Shown: positions 36,571 through 50,703 of the stretch, in pieces
Layout: every line of letters begins with the position of its first letter
Position numbering within the stretch: position 1 is the first letter of the stretch
Assembly: GCF_001194135.2 (NCBI RefSeq)
Contig: NC_068987.1
Span: 106,190,499 to 106,254,179 of the forward strand
Direction: 5' to 3'
Source: Octopus bimaculoides
Lineage: Eukaryota
Length of the DNA stretch: 63,681 bases
The notes under the pieces: generated by a model
Seen by the model: only the letters and a program-made list of their open reading frames with translations
Database searches by the model: none
What the model was told of the DNA's origin: nothing
Made by a program: the position numbers and the translations under genes

Positions 36571-38418
36571 ATTCTCATGAGTAAAGCAATGTTCAGTTTA
36601 TTCTATATAATTTCTTACAGTTCTGTTATAAATAATCTGCACCTTAAACGATATAATATGACGTTCCTTAGGCCAATGGAGTTAAGGATTAATTATCTCT
36701 AATGGACTTTGAAATTTAAATGATTTATTGAGCTCGTAAAATATACTATTCAAATTTCTTTTTAAATGCAAATATCTCTTGATATCTTCTGTAACATCCG
36801 GATTCAAAAGTATCAAATTAATTTACTTTATAAATATGAGTTTTGTCTGTTTATACTGATGACTGAATTAAAGTATAATATTATTTTACGATTGATTTTG
36901 ACTTATGGAAACATAAATAAAAGTTGTATATTTTACTTTATTTGTGTAATAGTTTTTACGAAGAGCGTCATTAGTTGCCACAGATAATGTATGACGTATG
37001 AGAGATATATAATCTTTTCTGTCGTCTTTATGAAGATCAGTGGAAATATTTTTTAATAAATTTCAGATTTACTCATATTTATCCCCTTAATATAGACGAC
37101 ACAGTAGCATATTTAGCCATCACGCACACCATAAATCACTTCGAATCAACTCAAAATAAATTCTCATGAAACACTAACTACACTTTAATCAACACCACCG
37201 AAACCAAATTAGGCAATGTGCAATCATATTTCAGCTTCAATTATGTTTAGGATAAGATGCGTAATTCCTTTCTCAGTGTGGAACAATAGTATATCCGTAA
37301 TATAATGATTTAATGGTATTAACGATATATAATACTTCAAATTAACTCTGCGTGATATTATTGAATTTTATCCTTCCATAACTAAATCTCTTAAAGTTTT
37401 AGTTTTCGCCAGCAGCATCGAACAAATCAGTGAATTTTATATTAAGATAATTTTGCACAGAAAGAAAACCCTTTCGTTTTTTCGACAACTCATCCTCAGG
37501 GAAAAAAGAAACCTAGATGAATTGACTCGTATTTCTATGGGATAAAACATTGCAACGGAAATATGCAAAATTATTAGAATTTGTGTCTTGAACTATTTGC
37601 ATAATATGATTTTTATGTTGGAAGATTGAAACAGAGATGCACTTTTAGTTATGACGAATATATGATTTCGAATTTCAAAGTTAGACATCCCACATAATTA
37701 GAGTGACTAAAACAGAAAGAATTAAGTTTCATAGCTGCCTTAATACAGTAAATGTTTTGCGTATTACCTTAAGATAAGACTATCTTCTGCACACACCGAA
37801 AAGCAAATGAAATACTGTTTTAAATAAAAAACCTAATCATATACCACCTAACATTCACTCCTTAACATTAGTAAACATATATCCTTCATTATATTAAGAT
37901 GAAGCGATATTCATTACTGCCTCTCATTGTTGTAATAGCACTCTTCCTATAAAATGGCTTTGCATATAAAATACAATTTATTACATACTTTATCCCAAAC
38001 ATTAAAATAGTACAACAAATATTTTATGGTGTCATCGTGGCTCCTGTTTAAAAACAGGAACAGATAATTCCTAAGACTTCCTAGATTTAATATCTTTTGA
38101 TGGGATATATGATTATTTTTGCAGAAACGCATCATTTAAAATAAACTATGCTTGATGAACGAATTTTGTAATCTCAGTTAACACGTTAATTTTCAAAAAA
38201 CATTCCAATAGCAGTTATGCGTTTTCCCTTCCTACCAGTAATTACATAGCTTGAAATAATTGCCCACATAAACATAATTGTCTCTCAGAAGCTGTAATAT
38301 CTTGTATCAACCTGCAATGAGATAGTAATTGTATGCCAAAAACATATGAGATTCACCAAGAATTGTGCCTGTATCAACATGTTCAAGAAACAGAAATAAG
38401 ATTTTATATTAGCATTTC

Positions 38419-38560
38419 CAAGAGGCGAATTAACAGAAACGTTAGAGCACCATATGCAATACCTTGTGATACTTATTCGAATTTCTCTTGTTCTCTGTTC
38501 AGATCTCATCGAGGTTAAATTTACCTTTCAGCATTCCGGGTTCGATAAATGTAAAACATC
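38419..38560 (+). mobile_element. Old Deu/Nin-like SINE copy
   Basis: GAGGCGAATTAACAGAAACGTTAGAGC head; GAGGTTAAATTTACCTTTCAGCATTCCGGGTTCGATAAA core. Confidence 0.55.
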
Positions 38561-38863
38561 ATTATGGTGGTGGACTCTCAGAATCTTTAGAGTGTAGGAT
38601 ATTTGTTCCACTTTGCGCTCGTAATCCAAATCTCATCGTGAATTAGATATCCGTTAGAAGTAGCCGTCTCTAGCTTAAACACTACCAACTTGTCTTTGGT
38701 TGGCTATATCTCAGCCAGCTCTTTTTCAAAAATTTAGATTCAAAATTGAATGTGGCATTTAAGTTTAGGCACCAGAATATAGTATGGTATTATCCAAACA
38801 ATTCCCAAAACAAGGTGATCAAAAATAAAAAAAGCAACCTTTAAAACCGTGTTGCTTTTTGGG

Positions 38864-38938
<75 letters not shown>

Positions 38939-39004
38939 NNNNNNNNNNNNNNNNNNNNNNNNNNNNNNNNNNNNNNNNNNNNNNNNNNNNNNNNNNNNNN
39001 NNNG

Positions 39005-39082
<78 letters not shown>

Positions 39083-40681
39083 TATACACTAATATATGTA
39101 CACACACATATAATTAAGATTATAATGCGGTTAAGATAACAATACATCCCCATATATTTACTACAATATGTCTTGCACAGGATGCGATCGTAACAAGCTC
39201 AATGCATAACATTTTTTTGTGAATGTGTACCACAAGAAATACAATTTAATTTATAAAGCCCTCAGCTGGTGCACGGAATTCCATTGTGTATGTCGAAAGA
39301 TATACAAGCAGGGTTTCTTTTTATAAGGTATAATGGATTATAGTCGTTTTATTTTACTTTTTGCAAATTGCGTCCTACAACCCATTAAAAGTCATTTTTA
39401 AAGAAACAAAAAAAGTCCTGCTTTGCTTAGTCGCAGATTACAATATCACATAAGAGAAAATGAGAACTGAACAAATAAATGAAGAGAAACCTTTGCATAA
39501 TAAGCAACGTACTATAGACAAAAATTGCGAATCTAGCAACCAAGTCCAACACACTATTTTCCCCCTAATGTTTTTCAGTCTTTTTATGTATACAAATTTC
39601 CTTATATGTTTTCTCGTGTAATGAAATATCTCAAACCGTAATATCATTTTCTGGTTCCATTTACATTGTATCTATCAGTGCACCTGACAAAAAGCATTTA
39701 CGTGGTCATTCCACTTGCTATAAGTAACTAGTTTTTTTTCAACCATACAGTGTACAGGATAATGTACATTGAATACCTTTGATAGTAGAATCTGATCAAC
39801 TCAAATTGAAGCAGATGGAGAAGAACTAAAATGCCAAACAGCAATGTGCCAGCAAGCGAGATTGTATATCAGTGGTGAGCAAGCACTTTGGTATCTATGT
39901 AGAGCACATGCTAATGTTCCAGATGACCTCTCATTTTCATAAACCCCAATATAAAGGCGTCTAGAAAGAAGACAATTCAAGCTGTATAATTATTTAATGA
40001 GTATTAATTAAAATTTTGCTGGATTGACACATCAGTCAAATGGTTTGGGAAAAATGCGTAAAAATTAAAATTCTGGTTTAAATGCTAGACCTGGATAGGT
40101 CTTGGCAGAAGGAATGCTGGGAGTTAGAAAAAATAAAGAAATTTCGGGTCGGCAAAGGTCACATACGAATTATATTATTGAATTCAACAACTTTTCTTGT
40201 ATTCGGTCACCTGCGGGAGTTTGAATTTGTACTTACCAGGTGCTATTAGGCATTCTTTTGGTAAGGTTTCGCTTTTGGAACAATTCGTTACACACCAAAA
40301 CTATACAACATTTTACAATATCGCTTCAGCTTGCCAAGAATATATATTCATAAACCTGCATAAACCAATGCACGATCCTCTGTATATTCGCTTGAGCGTC
40401 TAGAAAGAGTAGCAAAATCTCCTTCAAATCACATCCTACATTCTTAGGAACATAATTTTGCCTAATGTTAGTCGGGGGTCTTTTGTACGCTCGAAAAAAG
40501 AGGAAATGATTGAAAGTTGGCCTAATTTGGGAAGGATTCTTGACGATCAGGAACCTGCAGGACAAAATATTTCCTCCCTCGTTTTTTATTGTTAAACGTT
40601 TTGTAAATATTTCAAAGCGAACAATTGACCGCAAAACTTTTAAACATGAAGGACATTGAATTGAAATCAATGAATAATTTT

Positions 40682-42075
40682 TTTTTGCAGACTGGAGATG
40701 GTTTCATAATTCTCGTGAAACCAGTCTTGGTCCTTCTTTCGTGCAATGCCGATCGTCTCTTCGGCGGCAGCGGTCATGGCTTCATTAAAGCTGGTCCAGT
40801 GATCCTCAATGAAAGTTGGCTCTTGGAGGTCCATAAGGTGTCTCTCAATGGATTCCCTGAAGTCTTGGGATGCTTGTGAGTTCCGTAGTGTAGCGCAGTC
40901 GAAGCCTCGGCAAGAGATATTTGCTGAGACCCACTTTGATGGGCAGGAGATCTTGATGTCAAGGCGAGAAATAAGAAGGCGGTGATCCATCGAGCGGTCA
41001 TTTGCACCAGGATCTTGTCAGAACGTAGTCGAGAATGTACCAGTGTTTAGACCGTAAGTGTTTCCAGGTCGTTTTGTGTTGGGTAGGGAGACGAATAGGG
41101 AGTTGCTGATGACGAGTTCGTGCTCGGTGGAAAGGCCCAGGAAGAGCAGGCCATTGGCATTGACTTTCCTGAAGCCGCGATGACCAAGAATGTCATTCCA
41201 CAGACAATGGTCAGTGCCGACTCTGCTGTTAAAGTCCCCAACACCACGAGTTTGTCATGCGCGCGGGCTGTCTGGATGGTGCTGTCCAGCAGTTTGTAGA
41301 ACGAAACCTTGACATCGTCTTCAGATGCGAGGGTAAGGGCTTAAACACAGATATCAGCTTCTCTGATGCTGCCTACGCCGGGGATGTTGAGGTCCGCCAG
41401 CAGTGGTATGCTGGCCAGATCGAGTTGCCGTGTCCGATGTTTACCCCACCTTTTCTAGGGGCTTTCCCTCGAGGGGTGGACTGCGGTAATTCTAAAGAAC
41501 CAGCCCAGTCACGTGTCTAGCTACCGAACTCCAATGTCACGGCTATTCATTGGAGAGCGTCCATCTGAGATTCGGCACCATTGTGTGGTCATGGACGAGA
41601 AGATTCCAACTTTCCAGACCTGCCTCCGGTGCCCACGATACCATCACAATTGGGCTTTTTGAGATAGATCAGAAAGACGAAATCATTCGGTATGTAAATT
41701 GTTTGAAGTGATCATGGCTGTGCGACGAAAACGTGCACGCACTTGGCCAGGAATTTCTTCACTGTGGCTTAAGAAATGAGACGTGCAGTCTTAATGAGGC
41801 TGGTTTCAGCGAGCTGCCGGAGTCTATCCGCCTTTGTCAGGCCTGCCCACCAGTCGTTGCCCTCTTCCGCCGGAGTTAATCCTTGGGTGCTTGAAATACC
41901 GCTCCTTCGCTTGCTCCGCCGTTGGGGTCTTGATATTGGTGTTTGGCCGTGTTTAGTTTGGTCGTGTTTATTCGACCGTACCACCATGGGTACTATCAGG
42001 AGTCTAAGTCTCGAGACGGTATAGCTCTCGTTATCATTGAAACTCACAAGCTCTTCCACCAAGACGAGGGACGAC
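40682..42075 (-). mobile_element. RTE (BovB-like) LINE 5' portion: GC-rich leader + APE endonuclease, RT missing
   Basis: LISV..TLASEDDVKVSFY..GDFNSRVGTDH..GHRGFRKVNANGLL..TTWKHLRSKHWYILDYVL..DHRLLISRL..KDQDWFHEN across frames. Confidence 0.88.
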
Positions 42076-42339
42076 CCCCCCACACACATACGTATATATA
42101 TATANNNNNNNNNNNNNNNNNNNNNNNNNNNNNNNNNNNNNNNNNNNNNNNNNNNNNNNNNNNNNNNNNNNNNNNNNNNNNNNNNNNNNNNNNNNNNNNN
42201 NNNNNNNNNNNNNNNNNNNNNNNTCAGATAGAAGTAAATTAACACAAATAGTTTAAAGCACCAATGCAAAGTTATCAGAAAACGTTGACTTGTGAATGAA
42301 AACACGAGCCTAGTTGCAGTTAACTTAATTGGTACTTCA

Positions 42340-42490
42340 GATCTTTCGCAGAAAAGTTTTGTCCACAAGTATCTATGGAAATTTTGTCGAGAAATACCAT
42401 GTATAGAAATAGCAAGTACGAGCACTGCATATAAAAATGAACTCAAATTTGAAGCCAGATTGAGAGCAATGCTTGGCATTCAGCGTTCGG
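42340..42490 (+). mobile_element. Possible hAT/Charlie dimerisation-domain remnant
   Basis: Mosaic of frames loosely resembles STYLCE..KYR..EA.LR; weak. Confidence 0.22.
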
Positions 42491-42963
42491 TGTTATCTAT
42501 CTTTTGTGTTTCATCAGCTTTCGGTCAGTCATTCCAAAGGTAGAAACCTGAAAAGCCAGTACAAATAAATCATGAGAACTTTCTCTATCATCGCTCGACA
42601 AAATCATAAGTAAGGACACAACCTTAACTATAATAAAATAAAACAGCTGACACATTTGACAACATTCTCTTACAAAACGGATTCCGGAATTGAAGGCAGT
42701 TTTGTTCACACCGCACAATATATGCGTACGGTCAGATCAATGCTCATATTCCAGACAAAATACAAATTAATATAAATAATTTCTTTGCTTAATTCTTGGC
42801 GAATCTACTGACTTAGAGGTTAACCCAAAATTTATAGGATTTGTGTCTTAAGCACGAAAACTGTAAATGGGAGAAATGCTGAATTTAACTGCATTACATG
42901 AAACAAATATAAGCAATATTCTTGATATAACAGCACGATTTTTAAATATTTGTCTCCATATTA

Positions 42964-43160
42964 ATGCAGCGAACTGGCAGAATCATTGGCACGCCTTAGC
43001 AGCATTTTGTCTGTCGTTACGTTCTTAGTTTAAATACAGCCGTGGTCGAGTGTCTTTTATTGTTTCGGGGTCGATAAAACAAACACCAGTAGAATACTGG
43101 GATCAATATAATCGACTTTCCCCCTGTCCTAAATTGCCGGTCGTGTAAGAGAATGTGGAA
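42964..43160 (+). mobile_element. Deu/Nin-like SINE, diverged
   Basis: GCGAACTGGCAGAATC head; TTTCGGGGTCGATAAAA core. Confidence 0.7.
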
Positions 43161-44255
43161 CCAAGATTAAACAAATAGCGATTATTAAAGACTTCCATAT
43201 TTAACTTCTTTTACTCAAATGTTAATAGTTTAATTTGACGCAACTAAAATGATTATTCGCATATTTCTGTTGGGCTTCAGAAATTCATTATGGTATTAAC
43301 ATATTTAAAAGAATCATATATCAAGTTTACAAAACTTCAGTGTACATAGTTTACAGGCACGTTCCTAGGAATTTTTCAAAGGGAGAACAGAAAGGTCAGA
43401 AGGGAATACATTTCTAGGAAAAAAATAGGCGTAGTAGGGTGTTGACAGCAGAGGGTGATGCAATCTTCTGACTTACCATTTCTTGTGATACCGCCCGAAC
43501 CATGACATCAAGGTAAACGGATTAAATGGTGAAGATAATATATTTCCACATATTTATTTAGACTTCTGAAAAATGTATAATGCAGCAATAAAATTGAATA
43601 CTTGAATATACTCAAGTGTTCAGGCTCGGAAATGTCCATAGTTCATCGTATGTAACTTTTACGTCATGTAAATTTAACTCTCCCTCTTATATATGTTAAC
43701 TTTGAACAGTTAATATACAGCAGACCAACCCAATTGAAATAATACCTTAACTTCTTCAAAAATAGACATGCATTAGATAATGAAATACTAGCTTGAAACT
43801 GCAGAAGAGATGTGCACGGCTGGAATCCATTTGATAATGTTACTATTACTATATTATTTTGGCTTCTTTCACATAGTTTCCTAGTTTTTTAACGATCAGG
43901 AACGAGAAAAATTACACTATAAGAAGAATTACGAATGGCGCATACCAATTTTTACTGTCTTTTTATAGTGACCAAATTCAATACTGTTTTAATTTCGTTT
44001 CGTTTATACAGTTTCCAAGTATCATTGTGGCAGGAAAAAAAAATTGAATTCTATCATCAAAAGAAATCTAAATGCTGCGCTGGGTATAACACACCAACAT
44101 TTTACTGTCTGCTTATGGTGCCCAATAGCAATACTTTTCTATTCTATTTTATGTATGTCTGTAATCGATAAACCGATAAGAAATAAAATATTGGTAACCT
44201 GCAACAAAGCAATTTTGACTTTTACTAGAATTAAAATCTCTTTCCACTACCATTA

Positions 44256-44311
<56 letters not shown>

Positions 44312-44539
44312 GTTACAAAAAAGACCCAAGGTGGTGTAGTGTGTACGTGAGTGAAGGATAATTTAAAGAAAAGTTTTTTTCATTGAAGATAATAGAAATT
44401 TAAACAAAATATAAAAATATACTTAACATTAAAAAATCTAATGGAAATAAAGGAAGTTAATCAAAAATACATGAATCCAGTCGATTTATTTATCTATACA
44501 TGTTCTTTGTTTAATCTTAGCAATCTAATCTTTTTATAG

Positions 44540-45300
44540 AAAAGATTAAAGAGCAGTATCAACAACTATAACAACAAGAATAACAGCAAGGAAAACAACA
44601 AGAATAACAGCAAGGAAAACAACAATAGCAATATATACAACAGAAACAGCAACAAGTTTTCAGCCTAGAATGGAGACAAGAGCAAAACGGTTTCTACATA
44701 CGAGAAAGAATATAAGAAGAGAGAGAGCAACAACTATAACGGCAATAATAGAAATAGTAGCAACAACTGTTATTATCAAGGATATGAACGAAGCAAATAC
44801 TGTAAAGAACAAAGTAGAAGGGAAAAAAATCACCGATACTAATTTCAAAAGCAGTAGCAACAGTAAGGATACCAAAAAGAGTAACACTAATAAAATAATA
44901 GATACAACAGGTGATTCTTCGTATTTGCCTGATATGCTTTATACGAGTTTTCTTCAATCCTATATTGCTGTTTTGAAATTGATATTTCAGATTAAAATAG
45001 ATAACGCAGCATTAGAAACGCGAATTTGAGATAAAAAGAATAATAAAGCTGTGGTCATAGAGCACACATTTTGATAGTTTTACTTATTTGAGCAACAAAG
45101 AGCGCCTGAATGACGACGCAAGCGAAAACTAACATGACAATAACGGTATTTGCGTATACAATAATATGAACAACAGAATATAACACGAAACGAAAACAAC
45201 AAAAACAGACATGAAATACAAACAAGGGATACGGGTGGAACCAACAATAACAAAATGTGCAAAAATCAGCAACAGAACAAAAATAAATGTTATTGTTGAT
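44540..45300. repeat. Degenerate A-rich (AAC/AAT/AGC) low-complexity region
   Basis: Includes tandem AACAACAAGAATAACAGCAAGGAA x2 at about 44570-44620. Confidence 0.7.
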
Positions 45301-45769
45301 GTAGACCCAGATAAATCTTGATTTACGAATTTATACTCAGAGGCGATCCAATCTCGACTACCGCTATCTTTCATTTGTTAGATAAATTTATTCAGCCTCG
45401 GAGGTAATGAAAATTTAAAATTCTTTTCATGCATTTACACTTTGGCATTCTCGAGGAAATTTTTTTTGTTTTACAAATATATATTTTTAATTTCTTGTTG
45501 AATCTAAATTCAATGTTTACTTTACTGAAATCAAACTAACAAGATAATATGCAGTTTAGTATTTAAATCTTTGTAAGATATGGTTGATCGCAGAACACAA
45601 TCTAAAATGTATCTAATTCACTTTTAAGAAGGGTTATCTAGATACTATTACTAGCAGATAATGTAGCTAGGCAGAGGTTCTCGCATACGTACCGTGATAT
45701 TTTTACGTTAGTAGAAGCTAAGTAAATTTTTCGAAAGTAAGAACAGCTGATGTAGTTAAGAGTAGTATT

Positions 45770-45880
45770 TCACTGGAACTTATTTTAAGGACTACGGATG
45801 ATAAAACTCAAATCAACTGAGACGTTCGGATTTAATTCAAAATGTAAAGGGAAGAATCACTAGAACATATTTTATCCGGC
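45770..45880 (-). mobile_element. Very old Deu/Nin-like SINE remnant
   Basis: CACTGGAACTTATTTT...GATTTAATTCAAAATGTAAAG. Confidence 0.35.
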
Positions 45881-48332
45881 TTTCTATACTTTGGTTTCAA
45901 CCATCATTCCGTAAGTTTACATTGGCTTTCATCTTTCTCTAGCCCAATAAAACAATACTTATATATTCAAGGTGATGGAATGGTGGAACTGATATGGTAT
46001 TTCTTCTAAATATTTCTGTAGGAGACAATCTGACACATGCTAGTCTGCCACTACTTGACCCATGGTTAACTTTAGTATCTCTGCTATGTGTCTCGTTTGA
46101 CGATAACTCCTTCACTTTCTCGATCAAACTCGTAAGTCCTGAAAACATTAAAGTCAATTGCCTTTTTACTTACTGACAAAATGGTAAAAGAAAAAGAACA
46201 GTAACCTTCTACTGATTCTGCTAACCTCAAACCTAAATATACCAGCATATATATTCGCAAAATTAATTAAAAAGTTAAAATCATCCACATCCCCATTAAG
46301 TTAAGAGACAGATATAGTATTGGGAAGATATGTTAGGGAAGAGGTCACGAATGGTGATGAAAGGATTGATCGAATAACTAATCTAACCGTCGATTACTTA
46401 ATCGGTTAAATGACTAACTTGTGGACTAAGTATAATGAAAGTTGTGGAAAATAAGCAGTGTGTGTTTATTATTGGCGTAATAATGATCCCAAGATACAAC
46501 AAAAACTACATATTATGCTTTACATATAGTATCACGAACCCATGAAAATGGAGTGTGTGTATCCATTCTTTGAGCTAGAAAATGTGGAAGTCAAATTGAA
46601 TTCTGCTGGATTTGAAATCAGAAAGAAGATGGGCATACGTAGATATCGCATGGAATCTCCCCCACCCAGTCTATAGATGATGCAAACACTCTGCACTTTA
46701 TTTTTTATATAATAAAAGTAATACGTTCTTGCATAGTTTTTTGACTTATTATTTAGAGACGAAGGCAAGAATATAGAAAAGCAAAGTTGTGAGATTTATC
46801 CTAGTTCTAACGGAATTAGTAGTAGTACACAAATTGAATTTGGTTGGTAAAACACATTACGGATTTCATGTGAAAGAAGCATACATGCTATTATGTAAAG
46901 AGATAAATAGTGAAAGAAAGAGAGAGAGATAGAGGGGGGCTGTGAGAGTAGCGACATATATCAATGTGACAGAAAATATTTACTGCGAATATAGTACGTA
47001 AGTGTATTTTAAAAAATAATGTAAGATGAAAATTTTATTCTAACAAGTTCGAAGACAAAAATAGAACAAACAAAGTACATTTATTCTTGATCATCACTTG
47101 TTCATTCATCATTGATCCGGAATGCCAAGGTACGGTCAATGCGAACCAGGTTACGTTTATCACGAATTGGTCAGTGATAAGACAGGTCAACGATCGATCA
47201 ATGATTCTGCTTGTACCGCAAAGCACATCCCAGCGATTACCCACAGTGCTCAGGAAGAACTGAGGGCCCGATAGGAAGCCTTTTTTACCCCGATATTTTG
47301 CCTATATGTTCTAATCTTCACTGATCATTTAACGGGGTGTTTTGCTTTTGGAAACAAACACCCGTGATAAACGATGAAATATATTTAGAAATACTTTCGA
47401 GACAATGTTGAAAAATGAATTTTCCAGGTTTTCGATAGTTAGAACTATTTATGTATTAAATAACAATGAAAGTGGCATCTTTTTTGCTGCGCTAGGGTTC
47501 CAGTCATACATCAGTTTTAGAACACTGATATATCGTTTCAAGTTTACAACATATATATTGGTATTGGTGATTGGATCACATGTAAATGCTAAATCACAAC
47601 TTTCTGTTTAGTTTTCAACGAGATTTCTATAATAGAGATTGGGGATCAGGCGAAAGAAAGAAAAAGTTGTGAAAGAATCACGATTGGTGGATGGAACTGC
47701 TTAAGCACACAAAATATGCAATATGGAAAAGCTTCATATAAAATTCCGACAGAAACCATCAAGGTAAGTAAAAATGATGAAACAAAGAGAAAAATTCCGA
47801 AAATTTATTTTCATTAGTTGTGTCGGCAGATCAGACTGGCTTTAATGTTTCTGAGATTAGAGGCATATCTTATCAATTTAATAATAAATTAATCTGTAAA
47901 ATATTGAAGGCAAGTTCACTTTCTGCATCTTCATGTTTTTTTTAAAAATATAATCGACGTGTGTGTGTGTATATATGCATGTATGTAGTAAGTATGGGTA
48001 TATGGATTTAGTCATATACATACACAAACGCCACGATATATGTGCATATATGTGGAAATATAATTATTTTAAATTATATATAATATATAATCTGTAATCT
48101 CAAGAGGCAGGCAATTTGAGATTATGCAAACACATATATATATATAATTATGCATGCAACCATTTATTTCAATATTTAATTTGAAATATATGAAATATCT
48201 ATAGCAATAATATTATAGTGTATTTAAGTACATACACTCAATACCACATACACACACACACGCACACACGAATATATATACATTTTAATATGTACCTACA
48301 TATACATGTATATGTATATACGTGCATGAATA

Positions 48333-48895
48333 GGTGGTCTGATCAGTAAGTATCTGGACTGTTGCCATAGTGAAGAATCTAAAGCATGCGGACTAAAACC
48401 GCTTGGCACACATTCACCTTGAACTTTGTTGCGCATGCGCATTAAGATTTATCCTTGTTACTCACTTCCGCTGTTTACAGCAGTGTTTGGAAGGAAAGTG
48501 TATAGCATGTAACTATGACAGAGAAAGTTGAGCAGAGAATCTGCATCAAATTTTGCTAAACGCTTGGCAATACCTGTTCAGAGACCTACATAAAATTTTC
48601 AAAACTTTTTCATCGTTTTCGACACAATCAAGGGGATCTTGCGCAACTGAAACCCAAGTGTCCTTTTGGTCATCTGAAAGCAGTTTTGACACAAACATGG
48701 GAGACACGCATCTCATGCCCAAATCTTCAGTGATGATGGACTGAACTGAATCGTACTGGAAGTGAGCAGCTACGTTGAAACGTAGTGCACATGCACAGCA
48801 GATTTCAAGATCAATCTTTGCCGAGCGGCTTCATTCTGCGTGTTTTTAGCTTCGATACTATGGCTACAGTCCGGATACTTATTGATCAGACCTCT
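48333..48895. mobile_element. Mariner-derived element built from two inverted left ends
   Basis: Both ends start GGTCTGATCA(G/A)TAAGTATC(T/C)GGACTG and align for about 135 bp. Plus strand MTEKVEQRICIKFC from ATG 48515; minus strand VQSIITEDLGMRCVSPMFVSKLLSDDQK. Confidence 0.85.
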
Positions 48896-50657
48896 TAGTT
48901 GTCAAGATATATATATACACATACTCACACATAACATGCATACATATATAAGCACTTACAGTTGAGTAAAGAAAACTTAGCAACATATACACATTTTTCA
49001 TACTCATAATTATATTGAATTTATTTGGAAATATGCACACTTCCATATGCGTATTTATGTTTATATATATATATGTATGTATGTACATTTGTTGTCTTTA
49101 GTGTGACCTTATACAGCATTCGGTAGTGGGGTTTTGGTTCGAATGTTCATTTTGTTTTAGGAGTGTGCCACCTCTTAGGCGCTATTATTACCATTACTAC
49201 TCTGATATGGAATAATATCACATATCAATATCCTACCTATGGGGTAACTATCGTATTTAATGATAACCCTTCTGATCTAAAGGATGCAGAATAACCCTTG
49301 GTTGGTGTCTGGGCGTGCAGTAAACACACCAGCAGTTATAGGCCTAAGCTGTAGTCACATCATCCTTCAACGAGTGGGATATTCTGATACATAACCTGCG
49401 GTTTCTCTTGATGACTGGTCATCTTGTTACGTCAATCGTTGTGTACTTGTCACGAAGACGCATACCTAATCCGTTGGATGCGCACAAGAAGTTACAAGTT
49501 AGGCCAGTCACCTATACATCAAACCGTACATATCTGAAACAGGACTGACCGTTCATTCGAGAGGTCAGGGAAAGAAAGTCAGAAATGCCGTTGACAACGA
49601 GGAAGTACAAAGGAGTGACGGTCATTCGTGAGGATGGCTCAGCCACGTTCTATGTATGCATATGTATGTATGTATGTATGTATATACATACATACATATA
49701 CATATATACATACATATATATACATATATACACACACATTTATATAATTATAAACACACACAACACTGAGACACAAGTATGCACACACGCACATACACAC
49801 ACACACACATGAAGACTAATATTTTAAAATCATCGCATGGGATCGCTCAGAAAATAGTACCGGATATTCAGATACACTCCACTGAATATACTATATATTT
49901 TGATATTATGTATACTAGTCATCGACTTGACATTCCAGTTATAATGATGATTTTATAGTTTTATCATGATTGAGGGAATCCTCACCATTGTTACAATATA
50001 ATTTATAAATGCGAAAAATGTATATCAAAATAGATATATGAATATATATATGACATTATATATAAAAAAAAATCTATAATCTGATTGAGAAATATAGAGA
50101 ATTGTTTTAATATGCTAAACATATATATGAAGCATAATGACGTGTAAACTTTTTAAAATTTAGGAAAATGGTTAATAATGTGATAGAAAATATAAGGTTA
50201 CATACTATGAAATGCAATAAAAATGTATTGATCCTGTATTAGAAAACATACAGAAAATTCCGACAGTCTGATATAGTTAATATTGAACTGAATAAATCAG
50301 ATGAATGCGAATAAAAATTGGTTGTTGAATAACATGGAGTGTTGAAAAGTAGATATAATGAGCTACAGTCAAGAAGGAATGAAGAAAGAATATATTATTA
50401 AGAGGAGATAAATAGAGAGGGCAGTGATAGTGTTAAGAATTCAATTGCAACCTGATTCAGTTTGGTAACGTTGATTATAAACGATAACTTTAAAATGTAC
50501 TCATTAAAATGTGAGCAGCTCTTTATTAACTCACAGTTTGCTTTTAGACCAATTTGTTACATCAAGATCTTTAGATTAAGGCTTGCCTCATCTGCAATAT
50601 AAAGTCTGTATTCTCCTCACCTCTCGTCCTTAATTCAATTCTATAATTTTCTCATCA

Positions 50658-50703
<46 letters not shown>

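Noticed and set aside
42341-42523. 183-nt symmetric exon candidate
   Set aside because: Weak donor (GTCAGT), unrecognised peptide, and alternatively explained as a hAT remnant.
44670-45029. 119-aa ORF METRAKRF...
   Set aside because: Lies in A-rich degenerate trinucleotide sequence; biased composition.
49200-49650. GC-richer block possibly coding
   Set aside because: No consistent frame, motif or splice pair found; left unassigned.
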